Shown one piece after another: positions 1 through 8,964 of a stretch of 40,024 bases of DNA. How positions within the stretch are numbered: the stretch's first letter is position 1; each line of letters begins with the position of its first letter. Made by a program: the position numbers and the translations under genes. Under the pieces are notes generated by a model. It did not search any database and had not been told where the DNA came from. It saw nothing but the letters and a program-made list of their open reading frames with translations. Source of the DNA: a virus; UHGV virus genome UHGV-0210832. One strand, written 5' to 3'.

Positions 1-1644
1 GCCAATGGCAAAATTTATATCGGTAAAATTGACACGGATCCGGTAAATCCTGAAAACCAGATTCAGGTTTATGTAGAGAATGAAGATGGCTCTCACGTTC
101 CTGTTTCGCAACCAATCATCATTAACGCTGCTGGATATCCGGTATATAACGGACAGATTGCCAAGTTCGTAACTGTGCAAGGCCATTCTATGGCTGTTTA
201 TGATGCATATGGTGCGCAGCAGTTCTATTTCCCTAATGTGCTGAAGTACGACCCTGATCAATTTGAGAAGAGATTGACATCTTCTGGAGGGGACAAATTA
301 GTAGGGAGCTCATGGGGAGGCGGAAGTGTTTGGGATGACTATGTGGCAAAAAAATTTGCTATTAAAGTGATTAACATTTATCCGACGATGTCAAATGATG
401 AGATTAATTCAATACTTTCTGCTGGCGGACATATTTACTTCAATGCTGGTACTTATACTGTTACATCCACATCAGAGACATTTAAGCTTGGTCAAAACAG
501 CATAGTTTATTTTCATCCAAATGCGCTTTTAATGGCTGGGGCCGATGGGGTTACGGTTCTTAGGGCATCTTCGCTAGATGTTGATTCTTCTTTCATCAGA
601 AATTGTAAAATACATGATGTACGCATTGATCTTTCAGGATTTAGCAACTGTATCGGTTTGCATCTATACAGCGCCAGGAACAACACTGGTGTTTTCGAAC
701 CTTGGGTTGATATGGGGGTAGGCACAGGGAATACAGGCATTAAAATTGAATTTATGAGTTACGGGATTATTATCGCTAACTCAGAAATTCTGAATGGCGG
801 CGCAGGTGGGAAACGTTTGTTTGTCCTTAATGGTCCGAACGCTATTACGATTAAAGACCATCGTGGATATTCTGCCGACCCGGCAAACAAGTGCGATTAT
901 GGCGTCGTAATTTTTAATGGCGTTGATGGAAGTACTGATGTTGATTTCGTGAATACATTCACAACTTCTGCTGTATGTATTACTGGTGGTTTTATCCAGA
1001 ATACAAGTCAGTTTGGACTTTATGACAGCGCTGATGGAACAAACGTCTACGGAACTTACTTTGAAAGTAACGATGTTGCTGATATTAGTTTGAGTAGTGG
1101 TAGTCGAGATTTTTACTGTTCTGGAGTACAACACAGTCACTCAAAAGGTGATTGCATGTATCGAGGAAGGGGATGTGTAGGTGCTGTCATACAATCACCA
1201 AACAACGGACTTAGAGCACGTATGTTCGACTTTTCTGGTTCTAGCAAATGTTATGCTTACATACCAAGAGCCAGAGCATTCCCCGGAGGAACAGTCATCC
1301 CAATTGGTAATACTGATGGCCTTGCTTTAGACAGGGGGAGTCAGTCGTTTCTACAATACTCGCAGTCATCGCTTCCTATAGATATTCGCCAGGGATATGC
1401 TGTGTATTATCTTAATGTAACTTCAGGGATGAACATCACTATATCTGGAACGCCATATAACGGGCAAAAGATAAATATTGTTGCCAGGGGAAGTGAGATA
1501 TCTTCCCTATCATTCGCTGGCGTTCCAGTTGATGTTACTGGCGCTAATACAACTCAAATAAAGACCGCTTCATTCACTGCAACATATTGGAGTGAGATTA
1601 ATAAGTGGACATTAACAATGCCTCAATGGACAGCCTCATCATGA
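1..1644 (+). CDS. Tailspike protein, 5'-partial (reading frame 1 is open from base 1; the first ~25 codons lie outside the window)
   Basis: Frame-1 translation from base 1 reads [33 protein letters not shown]...[15 protein letters not shown], which matches my recollection of the P22 tailspike head-binding domain. The C-terminal ~450 aa is unrelated to the P22 receptor domain. Stop at 1642-1644. Confidence 0.85.
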   Translation, partial: ANGKIYIGKIDTDPVNPENQIQVYVENEDGSHVPVSQPIIINAAGYPVYNGQIAKFVTVQGHSMAVYDAYGAQQFYFPNVLKYDPDQFEKRLTSSGGDKLVGSSWGGGSVWDDYVAKKFAIKVINIYPTMSNDEINSILSAGGHIYFNAGTYTVTSTSETFKLGQNSIVYFHPNALLMAGADGVTVLRASSLDVDSSFIRNCKIHDVRIDLSGFSNCIGLHLYSARNNTGVFEPWVDMGVGTGNTGIKIEFMSYGIIIANSEILNGGAGGKRLFVLNGPNAITIKDHRGYSADPANKCDYGVVIFNGVDGSTDVDFVNTFTTSAVCITGGFIQNTSQFGLYDSADGTNVYGTYFESNDVADISLSSGSRDFYCSGVQHSHSKGDCMYRGRGCVGAVIQSPNNGLRARMFDFSGSSKCYAYIPRARAFPGGTVIPIGNTDGLALDRGSQSFLQYSQSSLPIDIRQGYAVYYLNVTSGMNITISGTPYNGQKINIVARGSEISSLSFAGVPVDVTGANTTQIKTASFTATYWSEINKWTLTMPQWTASS

Positions 1645-1879
1645 TTTAAATTACCAATACGGTTAAAGATAAACAAAGCTTTGTACTGGATTGCAAGGCT
1701 TTGTGCTATTCGATAGTTAAGGCGGATCACTCCACCTTTTCATCAAGCCAGTCCGCCCACCACTGCATCATTTCTCTGCGCTTATCTAGATACTGAGCAT
1801 GGTTGTAAATTCAACTAACCCAGTGCGTTGACAAAAAATTAGCGCAAGAGGACAAAAAATCACCTTGCGCTAATGCTCT

Positions 1880-2125
1880 GTCTCAGGTCACTAATACTAT
1901 CTAAATAGTTGATTCATAGTGACTGGGTATGTTGTGTTTTGTCGCATTTTATAGTCTGTTATTTAACCGCAAATGCGTATAACAATATGATTTTTAAATA
2001 ATTTATATGATTTTGTCATCCTTTAATAAGTAAAGTTGCACATTTAAAATCTCTTTAATTATCAATAAACTACAATGTATAGGTCATTATTAGTCAAAAT
2101 AAAATCATTTGTTGATTTCAATTTT
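1880..2125. other. attP: attP region: lambda-like Int arm-type sites (P arm about 1885-1935, P' arm about 2081-2125) flanking a divergent core near 2015-2040
   Basis: Sequence aggtcactaatactatctaaatagttgattcatagtgactg (1885-1925) and ggtcattattagtcaaaataaaatcatttgttgatttcaattttgtccc (2082-2130) closely resemble my recollection of the lambda attP P and P' arms. The core tcatcctttaataagtaaagttgca (about 2017-2040) differs from the lambda core. Confidence 0.6.
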
Positions 2126-3178
2126 GTCCCATTCTCTCCCTCGGCTGTCCCTATACCGCGCCGCCATTGAATCTGATTTATGCCCGAGAAGACGTTGAGC
2201 AAACTTATCGCCAATCTGATTCCGGTATAGCCTCGCCGACAGGCTACGCAGTTCATGGAATGTTGGCGGGTCTCCATCAAATGAGAGTCCAGATGCATTT
2301 CTCGCCTTTGTAAAATACTTAGATACTGTTTTCGGGGAAAGCGGTTCGTGATGCGTTGATGCAATTATTGTTTCACTGCCGCTGGCCTCCCTGCATTTCT
2401 GTAGTGTATCAGCCAATGAAATATTGAGCGCGTCAATCGTTAGCGTCAGCGGAATGGCGAGCTTAGCCCCTGTTTTACCCTGTTCAATGTGAAGATGGTT
2501 GTCGTTTATGTCTGACCATTTCATTTTGCACAAATCGCCGACTCTCTGACCTGTAACGACGGCCAAATCCATCGCAAGCCTCAGCCAGATTGGGAGAGGT
2601 TCGGCTGCATGGTGAATTGCGACATACTCATTAGCTGTCAGCCTTGAGCGCCTTACTTCTGACTTTGCTGTGCGGGTTGCTGTTACCGGATTCGTAGCCA
2701 CATGCCCCTCGGCTATTGCCTCACGAAAAACGTCAACAAGGGTTGACCTGATTAATTTTGCGGAAGCCGCTTTACCTTCTGCTACGTAGGTGTTTAGCAT
2801 TGCTGCCACCTCTTTCGTTGATATGTCAGCGAGCGGTTTGTCCGGCAATTTTCTTCGGATTGCCCTGATTTTGCTGGCGTAGTCGAGTAGAGTTTTCGGC
2901 CTGATACCCCTCTCGCTGAGGATTGTTTCATATCGGTCAAGCCACGCATGAAGAGTTATTGCGTCAGCGCCTTTAATTCTGTCTATCAGTGACTCACGCC
3001 TGTTCCCGGATAGCAACTCAATATTGGCCTGTATAGCTTCAGTGATTGCTATGCGTCTGTCTCGGCCTAATCCGAACTCTTTACCCGTCCTTGGGTCCCT
3101 GTAGCAGTAATATCCATTGTTTCTTATATAAAGATTAGGGGGTAAATCCCGGCGCTCATGACTTCGCCTTCTTCCCAT
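2105..3178 (-). CDS. int: Tyrosine integrase, lambda Int family
   Basis: 357 aa; N-terminus MGRRRSHERRDLPPNLYIRNNGYYCYRDPRTGKEFGLGRDRR and C-terminus HELRSLSARLY...LLGHKSDSMAARYRDSRGREWDKIEI match my recollection of lambda Int almost throughout. Confidence 0.95.
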   Translation of the reverse strand: MGRRRSHERRDLPPNLYIRNNGYYCYRDPRTGKEFGLGRDRRIAITEAIQANIELLSGNRRESLIDRIKGADAITLHAWLDRYETILSERGIRPKTLLDYASKIRAIRRKLPDKPLADISTKEVAAMLNTYVAEGKAASAKLIRSTLVDVFREAIAEGHVATNPVTATRTAKSEVRRSRLTANEYVAIHHAAEPLPIWLRLAMDLAVVTGQRVGDLCKMKWSDINDNHLHIEQGKTGAKLAIPLTLTIDALNISLADTLQKCREASGSETIIASTHHEPLSPKTVSKYFTKARNASGLSFDGDPPTFHELRSLSARLYRNQIGDKFAQRLLGHKSDSMAARYRDSRGREWDKIEINK

Positions 3179-3374
3179 TTCTGATCCTCTTCAAAAGGCT
3201 ACCTGTTACTGGTCGATTTAAGTCAACCTTTACCGCTGATTCGTGGAACAGATATTCTCTTCCATCCTTAACCGGAGGAGGGAATATCCTGCACTCGCGC
3301 ACCCATCGACGAACTGTTTCAAGGCTTCTTGGGCGTCGCTGGCGTGCGTTCCACTCCTGAAGTGTCAAGTACAT
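3156..3374 (-). CDS. xis: Excisionase
   Basis: 72 aa MYLTLQEWNARQRRPRSLETVRRWVRECRIFPPPVKDGREYLFHESAVKVDLNRPVTGSLLKRIRNGKKAKS appears essentially identical to lambda Xis as I recall it. Overlaps the int start as in lambda. Confidence 0.92.
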   Translation of the reverse strand: MYLTLQEWNARQRRPRSLETVRRWVRECRIFPPPVKDGREYLFHESAVKVDLNRPVTGSLLKRIRNGKKAKS

Positions 3375-3428
3375 CGCAAAGTCTCCGCAATTACTCGCAA
3401 GGGAACGAGTAGTGGTTGATTTTCTCCA

Positions 3429-3450
3429 ACAAAAAAGGAGCCGAAGCTCC
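3429..3450 (-). terminator. Candidate intrinsic terminator (minus strand) between upstream early genes and xis
   Basis: Minus-strand GGAGCTTCGGCTCC hairpin (5-bp GC-rich stem, TTCG loop) followed by TTTTTTGTT; + strand coordinates 3437-3450 for the hairpin, A-run 3431-3436. Confidence 0.45.
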
Positions 3451-3458
3451 TTTGATGA

Positions 3459-4082
3459 TTAAAATTCGAATTGTCTCGCCCGAAGGCTTTTCAACATTGG
3501 TCTTGCCCGTTCGAAAACGGCGCTTGTCTGATCAAGTCGTGTCGCCTCCCTTAGCAGTACATCTCTGTTTTTCGTCACCGCATAGAAGGTTTCAAACGCA
3601 ATGTCATACAGCTTACTCGCGTATGATGAGTTAAGTTCCTTCATTATCGGGTACAGGCGTTTGCAGATGTCCTGTGCATTCTCCATCTGTACCTGCATGT
3701 AGCACAGGAGGATGATTTCTTCGTCTGTGAATTGCTGCGCTGGTTGCATGTTGCGAAGTATCTTTTCGCACTCGATGAAGTATCGGCGTATCTGGCGGCC
3801 TTTTTCGTTACGCTCGACCATCGCCAGTTCTTTGGCTGTGTCGAGGGTGAGGTGGTAGTCCTTGCGGTTGTGACCGCCTCTACCAGATGTTTGCTTTCCC
3901 AAATTGGAAAGCAAAATATAGTCTTGATTTTCAATGAATTCGTATTCTGAAATGCGATTTGTAATCCATGCCGCAAACACCTTTTTCACGCCTAAAAAAG
4001 CATGCAGATCGCGGGCATTGCAGAGTAGGGCTGTTTCGTTGGATATAGTGCCGTTGAATACGGGGATGAGTTGACTGGTCAT
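3459..4082 (-). CDS. AntA/AntB-type antirepressor-like protein
   Basis: Start moved to MTSQLIPVFNG (ATG 4082-4080) because of GGAGG 5 nt upstream. NARDLHAFLGVKKVFAAWITNRISEYEFIENQDY resembles the AntA N-terminal domain as I recall it. Confidence 0.55.
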   Translation of the reverse strand: MTSQLIPVFNGTISNETALLCNARDLHAFLGVKKVFAAWITNRISEYEFIENQDYILLSNLGKQTSGRGGHNRKDYHLTLDTAKELAMVERNEKGRQIRRYFIECEKILRNMQPAQQFTDEEIILLCYMQVQMENAQDICKRLYPIMKELNSSYASKLYDIAFETFYAVTKNRDVLLREATRLDQTSAVFERARPMLKSLRARQFEF

Positions 4083-4244
4083 GATGACCTCCTTTGAAGT
4101 TTTAGTTAGCAATCACCAGTTAGTGGCTGGTGATCGGGTGTCAACTAGAGCCTTCAAAGACGCTCCGGGCATATTCCCCTTGCGGGTATTGTATTACGCC
4201 TCTCCACCCGACCTTTGTACGGATGTGACTATGCCAAATTGCAG

Positions 4245-4277
4245 GCATAAAAAAGCCGCAAAGCTATCGGGTGCGGA
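4245..4277 (-). terminator. Candidate intrinsic terminator inside the 355-bp intergenic gap of the leftward operon
   Basis: Minus-strand CCGCA-(11 nt loop)-TGCGG followed by CTTTTTTAT. A TTGACA hexamer lies about 40 nt upstream on the same strand. Confidence 0.35.
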
Positions 4278-4437
4278 TGACCGCTTTGAAGTTCTAGTGC
4301 GGTCAGTATGCGATAGCTCGAGCGGATTTGTCAAATCATGTAGTCTTTATCTTGCTGTAAGCCGCGCCATTCGGGCTTTTCCCCAGATTTGGGGGAAACT
4401 ATCTGCGAAGTATTCACCTTTAACGGCAAGTTGCAGG

Positions 4438-5001
4438 TTAGCCACGGTTAACCTCCTGCTTCGGTGCTGCTGGCATTTCACGCCAGTGCGTAACTGAGTG
4501 CGGATTCGGATATTCGGTGCCATCATCCCAGCGATTACCATTCCACATTGCAGACCACATCTCACCGTCTTCATACATGACCATTACCGGAATTAACTTA
4601 TCCGGCATTTGCTCACTACAGCTTATCCAGCCAGCCGGAGTTACCGGAGGGGTACCCGATAGCGCATTCTGCTCCAGTGATGCTTTTACAAACCACGCTG
4701 CCTGAACTATTACGCCATGAATCCAGCGCAAATCAGCATCGCGATCGTTCTTTTTCATCTTTTCACCACTTAAAGCCTGGCTTATGTGGCTGCGAACCAG
4801 GTCTTCATGTAACTCCTTCGCATCCTCAATGGTGAAACCACCAGGTAAACGCCCCGGAGTTACCGGAGAGTTACCAGCCTTGCGCATGGCAATTTCCACG
4901 ATTTCAACCATATCTTCTGGCAGAATTTTACAAAGCTGGCCAAAGCGCCTCTGCTGCCTGGCATACTCGAGGATGTGCTCCAGTTTGGTTCGATTAATCA
5001 T
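4438..5001 (-). CDS. Hypothetical phage protein, DUF551-like C-terminal region
   Basis: 187 aa ORF; ATG overlaps the stop of the upstream gene (ATGA coupling). C-terminal WISCSEQMPD...WDDGTEYPNPHSVTHWREMP resembles DUF551 phage proteins (from memory). Confidence 0.5.
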   Translation of the reverse strand: MINRTKLEHILEYARQQRRFGQLCKILPEDMVEIVEIAMRKAGNSPVTPGRLPGGFTIEDAKELHEDLVRSHISQALSGEKMKKNDRDADLRWIHGVIVQAAWFVKASLEQNALSGTPPVTPAGWISCSEQMPDKLIPVMVMYEDGEMWSAMWNGNRWDDGTEYPNPHSVTHWREMPAAPKQEVNRG

Positions 5002-5366
5002 GATTTATCCCCCTTAAGCATGGCTGCACGGCAGGCGTTCCATCCTCTCACCTCTGCAATAGCGGCAACAGCATCAACCGCGTACATGCTAAGAGGGTTC
5101 GGCATTGGTTTTTCTTCCGGCACTACTGGCGCTGGAGGGGCGGCGTATACTTCAATTGTCCCATTATCAATAGGCCACTCCCCATCCTTGATGTAGTCAC
5201 TTGTGCCATCGACCTGCTGTTCTGCAATGTGGAAAGCACCTATTGGTTTTGCTTCCAGTGATGCCAGTGCAATCCGTGCCAGTTCCATTTGTTCGCCACG
5301 AGTAAGTCCGTTATCAAGAGGATTTTTAATGAATAATTTGATACGTTCTTTGGTTATAGCGCTCAT
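4998..5366 (-). CDS. Hypothetical protein (122 aa)
   Basis: Start chosen at MSAITKERIK (ATG 5366-5364) with AAGGAGAG RBS 6 nt upstream; the longer track ORF begins in the preceding gene. Confidence 0.55.
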   Translation of the reverse strand: MSAITKERIKLFIKNPLDNGLTRGEQMELARIALASLEAKPIGAFHIAEQQVDGTSDYIKDGEWPIDNGTIEVYAAPPAPVVPEEKPMPNPLSMYAVDAVAAIAEVRGWNACRAAMLKGDKS

Positions 5367-5367
5367 A

Positions 5368-6006
5368 TCACTCTCCTTTAATGCGAATGCCAGCGGCGCG
5401 TGGCACATTAACTTCCACGATGCGCACAGTTGGTTTGTACATCTCAATCGCTGTCAGCCAGTCAGCGCCAGTCATGCGCTTTTCTGCATCGCCATTAGTC
5501 CACTTAACCGGTACACCAATAGCCTTCATCGCGATTTCTATTTCCCCGGCAATGGCGCTTTTTCCGCAACCAGTAAAACCAGAAACAACGACAAGAACTT
5601 CACCTTTGGCTGGTTTTATTTCCCGCGCTTCCAGTTCAGCAATACGCTTACTCCCATCCGAGATAACACCTTCGTAATACTCGCGTTGCTCGTTGAGTTT
5701 TGATTTTGCTTCCTCAAGCTCAACACGCAGTTTCCCCACCGTTAGCGCAATTTCCTCGTTCTCCTGGTCGCGGGATTTGATGTATTGCTGGTTCCTTTCC
5801 CGTTCATCCAGTAGTGCCAAAGCAACCTTTGGATTAAAGGCAGCAATAAATTCAGCGTTGTTTTTCAGAACGTGTTGCGCAATGGCCTGACTACTTAGTC
5901 GGACCTCATAACCACGTGCGCCACGGTGTGGTTTATATGAGTCCCAGTCTCCCCACGTTGCTTTCTCTGCCGCTTCACGCAGTGCCTGATAGTCAATCTT
6001 GCTCAC
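5368..6006 (-). CDS. Ead/Ea22-like protein
   Basis: 212 aa; N-terminal MSKIDYQALREAAEKATWGDW... and central coiled-coil resemble the Ead/Ea22 family common in lambdoid early-left regions (from memory). Confidence 0.6.
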   Translation of the reverse strand: MSKIDYQALREAAEKATWGDWDSYKPHRGARGYEVRLSSQAIAQHVLKNNAEFIAAFNPKVALALLDERERNQQYIKSRDQENEEIALTVGKLRVELEEAKSKLNEQREYYEGVISDGSKRIAELEAREIKPAKGEVLVVVSGFTGCGKSAIAGEIEIAMKAIGVPVKWTNGDAEKRMTGADWLTAIEMYKPTVRIVEVNVPRAAGIRIKGE

Positions 6007-6262
6007 TGGTTGCCTCCGTTTCCCACGTTTTCAAACTTTCACCACAGAACGGGCAAAAGCACATTGCAATGCCACGACCGATATATTTCCCCGAGTGAAT
6101 TTGAGCAATATCTATGCATGACTCGCCGGTGTTTATGTTCACACGCTCCGGGATAAATATGCCTTTACTCTTGAATGTTGGATTTCCATATTCGAGAGAT
6201 TTTGCCAACGCCGCGCACGGTTCTATCTTGTTGCCATTAATTTGGCATTTTGACTCACTCAC
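5993..6262 (-). CDS. Hypothetical Cys-rich small protein (possible zinc ribbon)
   Basis: 89 aa ORF with C...C and CPFC spacing; tightly packed in the operon. Confidence 0.45.
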   Translation of the reverse strand: MSESKCQINGNKIEPCAALAKSLEYGNPTFKSKGIFIPERVNINTGESCIDIAQIHSGKYIGRGIAMCFCPFCGESLKTWETEATSEQD

Positions 6263-6696
6263 TGGTTGCCTCCTTTGCGAAGCTGGGCGGCTAACTCATC
6301 ACATATGTGCGTCAAAGAGCAAAGTTTGATTGATGGATGTTCGCGCATCATCTCAACCCCCTGCGCCCGCACCTCAGCAAGGAAAGCATCGGTGGCTGGG
6401 GTGCCTGATTGCAGAGACTTTGCGCGATAGTCATTCCACCCTCTTGCATACATGGGATTAACTTGCACTCCATCTTTTACGCAATATGCCTGCCCTCCAC
6501 GGTTGATAACCTTGATTTCGTCCATAGCGCCAGACTTCAGCCCCGCATTCTCCGCTGCCAGCGCCGCGCACTTGGCCTGCGCTTCAGCAAATTTACGCAC
6601 CAGATATTCAGCGTTTGTTTCGTTAACCTTTAAATCTCGTGGGATGCATTTACCTTTCAGAAATCCATCCATCTCAATTAGTGTCATTTGTTTCAT
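6259..6696 (-). CDS. Hypothetical protein (145 aa)
   Basis: ORF in operon register; start/stop overlap with neighbours. Confidence 0.5.
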   Translation of the reverse strand: MKQMTLIEMDGFLKGKCIPRDLKVNETNAEYLVRKFAEAQAKCAALAAENAGLKSGAMDEIKVINRGGQAYCVKDGVQVNPMYARGWNDYRAKSLQSGTPATDAFLAEVRAQGVEMMREHPSIKLCSLTHICDELAAQLRKGGNQ

Positions 6697-6860
6697 TTCT
6701 TCCCACTCCGCAACATCGCATTCAGATATTTGTTTTGATTCACTGACGGAAAAGAATTTCTCTTAAGCAATTCTTCCTCTCTCGATGGCATTGGCTTTAC
6801 GCGTTGGCGAATAATCATTTCTGCCGGAAGAATGCCGGGATTGTATGCAAGTCCTCTCAT
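6693..6860 (-). CDS. Hypothetical small protein (55 aa)
   Basis: Start set at MRGLAYNPG (ATG 6860-6858) with GAGGAA RBS; the longer track ORF would overlap the upstream gene by 56 nt. Confidence 0.4.
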   Translation of the reverse strand: MRGLAYNPGILPAEMIIRQRVKPMPSREEELLKRNSFPSVNQNKYLNAMLRSGKK

Positions 6861-6870
6861 GGTAAATTCC

Positions 6871-7164
6871 TCAGTCATTACTGATAGCGCCATAGCGTGA
6901 GCGGTAATTACGCAGGCGCGGGTCAATTTCAGGGAATTTGTCTATTGTCGCTTTTCGCAACGGTCGCATTGCTGTTTCGTTTGTTCGGTCCTTCTCATCT
7001 TTTAACGCGAGCTGTATATCGCGTCGGTACATCCGTTCTGCTTTTGTTTCTGGTGTCAGAGCAAGAAACGCGTCGAAATTGTTTTTGATATTTTCCAGCA
7101 CCTCCGCCTTGGAGCTACCGGAGCAGTTGCGCGGGTCATCCGCACCATACAGAGGCGCTGGCAT
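6871..7164 (-). CDS. Hypothetical protein (97 aa); weak guess at an Abc2-like anti-RecBCD function
   Basis: 97 aa ORF immediately downstream of the recombination module. The Abc2 idea rests only on position and size, not on recognised sequence. Confidence 0.4.
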   Translation of the reverse strand: MPAPLYGADDPRNCSGSSKAEVLENIKNNFDAFLALTPETKAERMYRRDIQLALKDEKDRTNETAMRPLRKATIDKFPEIDPRLRNYRSRYGAISND

Positions 7165-7187
7165 AATGGGAGCCTTATTTTCAGTAA

Positions 7188-7775
7188 TCAGAAAGGAGGG
7201 TAATCGTTCTGGCTGTAACCATAATCATCTGCATGATTCTGGCTTACGTTTTTAGAGCGATTGTCTTTATCTTTGAGGCTGGCAACCATGTTGGCGATAG
7301 CTTCTGGTTGCTTGCCTTCCGCCTTTTCTTTAAGGGTTTGACCTGTTTGTGCAATAAACGGGATGCGTATTTCCATCTGGTAGCTGTCTGCGCCAGTCTT
7401 TTTGTTTGTGGTTAATACTTTCTGGAGCACTAACCCGATTTTCTTTCCATGAAATTCAGGTGCAACAAATTTACTGGCGGAAACCATATGCTGCGTTAAT
7501 TGTCCAATCCCGGCACACCCCATCATGGCGTGAACGACATTTGCGCCAAATTTGTTTTCCGTTCCGTCATTTTTCTGAACACAGACGCTAAGATATTGGA
7601 TTTTACGTCCGTCGTCAGATTCGCCAGAAAACTCAATAAATTTGGCTCCTTTTTCTGATTGCTTTAGTTCTGCTTCAGTAATGGTAATGATATGAGCACC
7701 AGTTTCGTTAATAAAACCACCTTGCCCTGCGGTCAGTGCTGCTTCTTCGTTATAAGTAAAAATCACGTTGCTCAT
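7188..7775 (-). CDS. Sak4-associated ssDNA-binding-like protein (DUF669-like)
   Basis: 195 aa, translationally coupled to the upstream RecA-like ATPase. Family assignment is from memory of Sak4 modules and not verified. Confidence 0.45.
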   Translation of the reverse strand: MSNVIFTYNEEAALTAGQGGFINETGAHIITITEAELKQSEKGAKFIEFSGESDDGRKIQYLSVCVQKNDGTENKFGANVVHAMMGCAGIGQLTQHMVSASKFVAPEFHGKKIGLVLQKVLTTNKKTGADSYQMEIRIPFIAQTGQTLKEKAEGKQPEAIANMVASLKDKDNRSKNVSQNHADDYGYSQNDYPPF

Positions 7776-8452
7776 GCGGCGTTTTCCTTAATTTGATGAA
7801 CATTATTGATGCCGTAGTAATCACAAACAGTGGCATCGACGAAAGAGAGATCGTTATCAATCTCATTGGAATCAAACATTCCCATTGGGGATTTAACAGT
7901 GTCTGCACCGTTGTTTTTTGTGGTGAAAAAGAACTGGTCATCACGGGTAAGGGTGCGAAGAACTATAGTAAACATGCCTTCGACAGTGATTTTCTCGTCC
8001 AGCATTTTGCCGATAGTCTTCATTTTCACACGCCCCATAGGAGTTTCTTCGGTGTGCGCAAGAAAATAGACTCTCAGATCATCAGGCGCATCCTGCGCAG
8101 CCTTAATGACCTCCCATGCGTGGCGGCCTATCTCAGTAAACTTATCAAACGATTTTTCTTCTGAGCGGCGCATAAACTCATTGCTCATCACATACTGGAA
8201 GTCATCAACAATAACGATTCTTTTTCCGTATTCGTGAGCACGCTTAATTACAGCAACTATTACGTCCCATTTGTCAGTGGTAACTACGGTTCCTTTTTTT
8301 GCTCTGGCATCCCACGCCAGCCATTCTTTTGATTTAAATGGTAGCGGCTTGCCTATTGGTTTTATAAGTATTGCTTCCTCTGGGTTGATATTTCTCATAC
8401 TGGTTGATTTTCCGGTGCCAGATTCACCGAGTATTAATGTTGCAGTTCCCAT
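7772..8452 (-). CDS. Sak4-like RecA-fold ATPase (core-only recombinase)
   Basis: 226 aa; Walker A GESGTGKS near the N-terminus and Walker B-like RIVIVDD; size and motifs fit Sak4-type phage recombinases. Confidence 0.65.
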   Translation of the reverse strand: MGTATLILGESGTGKSTSMRNINPEEAILIKPIGKPLPFKSKEWLAWDARAKKGTVVTTDKWDVIVAVIKRAHEYGKRIVIVDDFQYVMSNEFMRRSEEKSFDKFTEIGRHAWEVIKAAQDAPDDLRVYFLAHTEETPMGRVKMKTIGKMLDEKITVEGMFTIVLRTLTRDDQFFFTTKNNGADTVKSPMGMFDSNEIDNDLSFVDATVCDYYGINNVHQIKENAA

Positions 8453-8460
8453 AATTCACC

Positions 8461-8649
8461 TCAGAATGGTAATTCGGATGGGGAGGAAAGAAACTCGCGC
8501 TCATTCATGCGCTCTCTTTGTGCCTGCCATAAACAAAGTTGTTTCTTTGATTTATCTCCCGCTTTACGCCAGTAACGAGCCTCAGCAATGTGATATTCTC
8601 TTTTTAATCGACTTAACTCTGGAGTTTTCGCCAGTTCTACCGGAATCAT
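8461..8649 (-). CDS. Hypothetical small protein (62 aa)
   Basis: Start at MIPVELAK (ATG 8649-8647) with GGAGG upstream; ATGA overlap with the kil stop. Confidence 0.4.
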   Translation of the reverse strand: MIPVELAKTPELSRLKREYHIAEARYWRKAGDKSKKQLCLWQAQRERMNEREFLSSPSELPF

Positions 8650-8759
8650 TTTGACCTCCATTTCCTGTAGGCTTCGACGGCCTCACGAAACATCTTTTCA
8701 TCGCCAATAAAAGTGGCGATAGTGAATTTAGTCTGGATAGCCATAAGTGTTTTATCCAT
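8646..8759 (-). CDS. kil: Kil-like host-killing protein (37 aa)
   Basis: MDKTLMAIQTKFTIATFIGDEKMFREAVEAYRKWRSK resembles my recollection of the lambda Kil N-terminus. The ATG overlaps the cIII stop; the longer track ORF is an upstream extension. Confidence 0.6.
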   Translation of the reverse strand: MDKTLMAIQTKFTIATFIGDEKMFREAVEAYRKWRSK

Positions 8760-8892
8760 TTTTGGGAACTCCTGGCTGATTAAGTATGTCGATAAGGCGT
8801 TTCCATCCGTCACGTAATTTACGGGTGATTCGTTCAAGTAAAGATTCGGAAGGGCAGCCAGCAACAGGCCACCCTGCAATGGCATATTGCAT
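8752..8892 (-). CDS. cIII: CIII (FtsH inhibitor), 46 aa
   Basis: Not in the ORF track (under 60 aa). Manual translation from ATG 8892-8890 gives MQYAIAGWPVAGCPSESLLERITRKLRDGWKRLIDILNQPGVPKNG, matching lambda CIII as I recall it; AAGGAG RBS 7 nt upstream. Confidence 0.8.
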   Translation of the reverse strand: MQYAIAGWPVAGCPSESLLERITRKLRDGWKRLIDILNQPGVPKNG

Positions 8893-8964
8893 GGTGTGCT
8901 CCTTATTTATACATAACGAAAAACGCCTCGAGTGAAGCGTTATTGGTATGCGGTAACGCCGCGC

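Noticed and set aside
4081-4497. 138-aa + strand ORF in the early-left intergenic gap
   Set aside because: It runs antisense to the operon, spans a terminator-like hairpin and has a Cys/Trp/Arg-rich composition typical of a non-coding frame.
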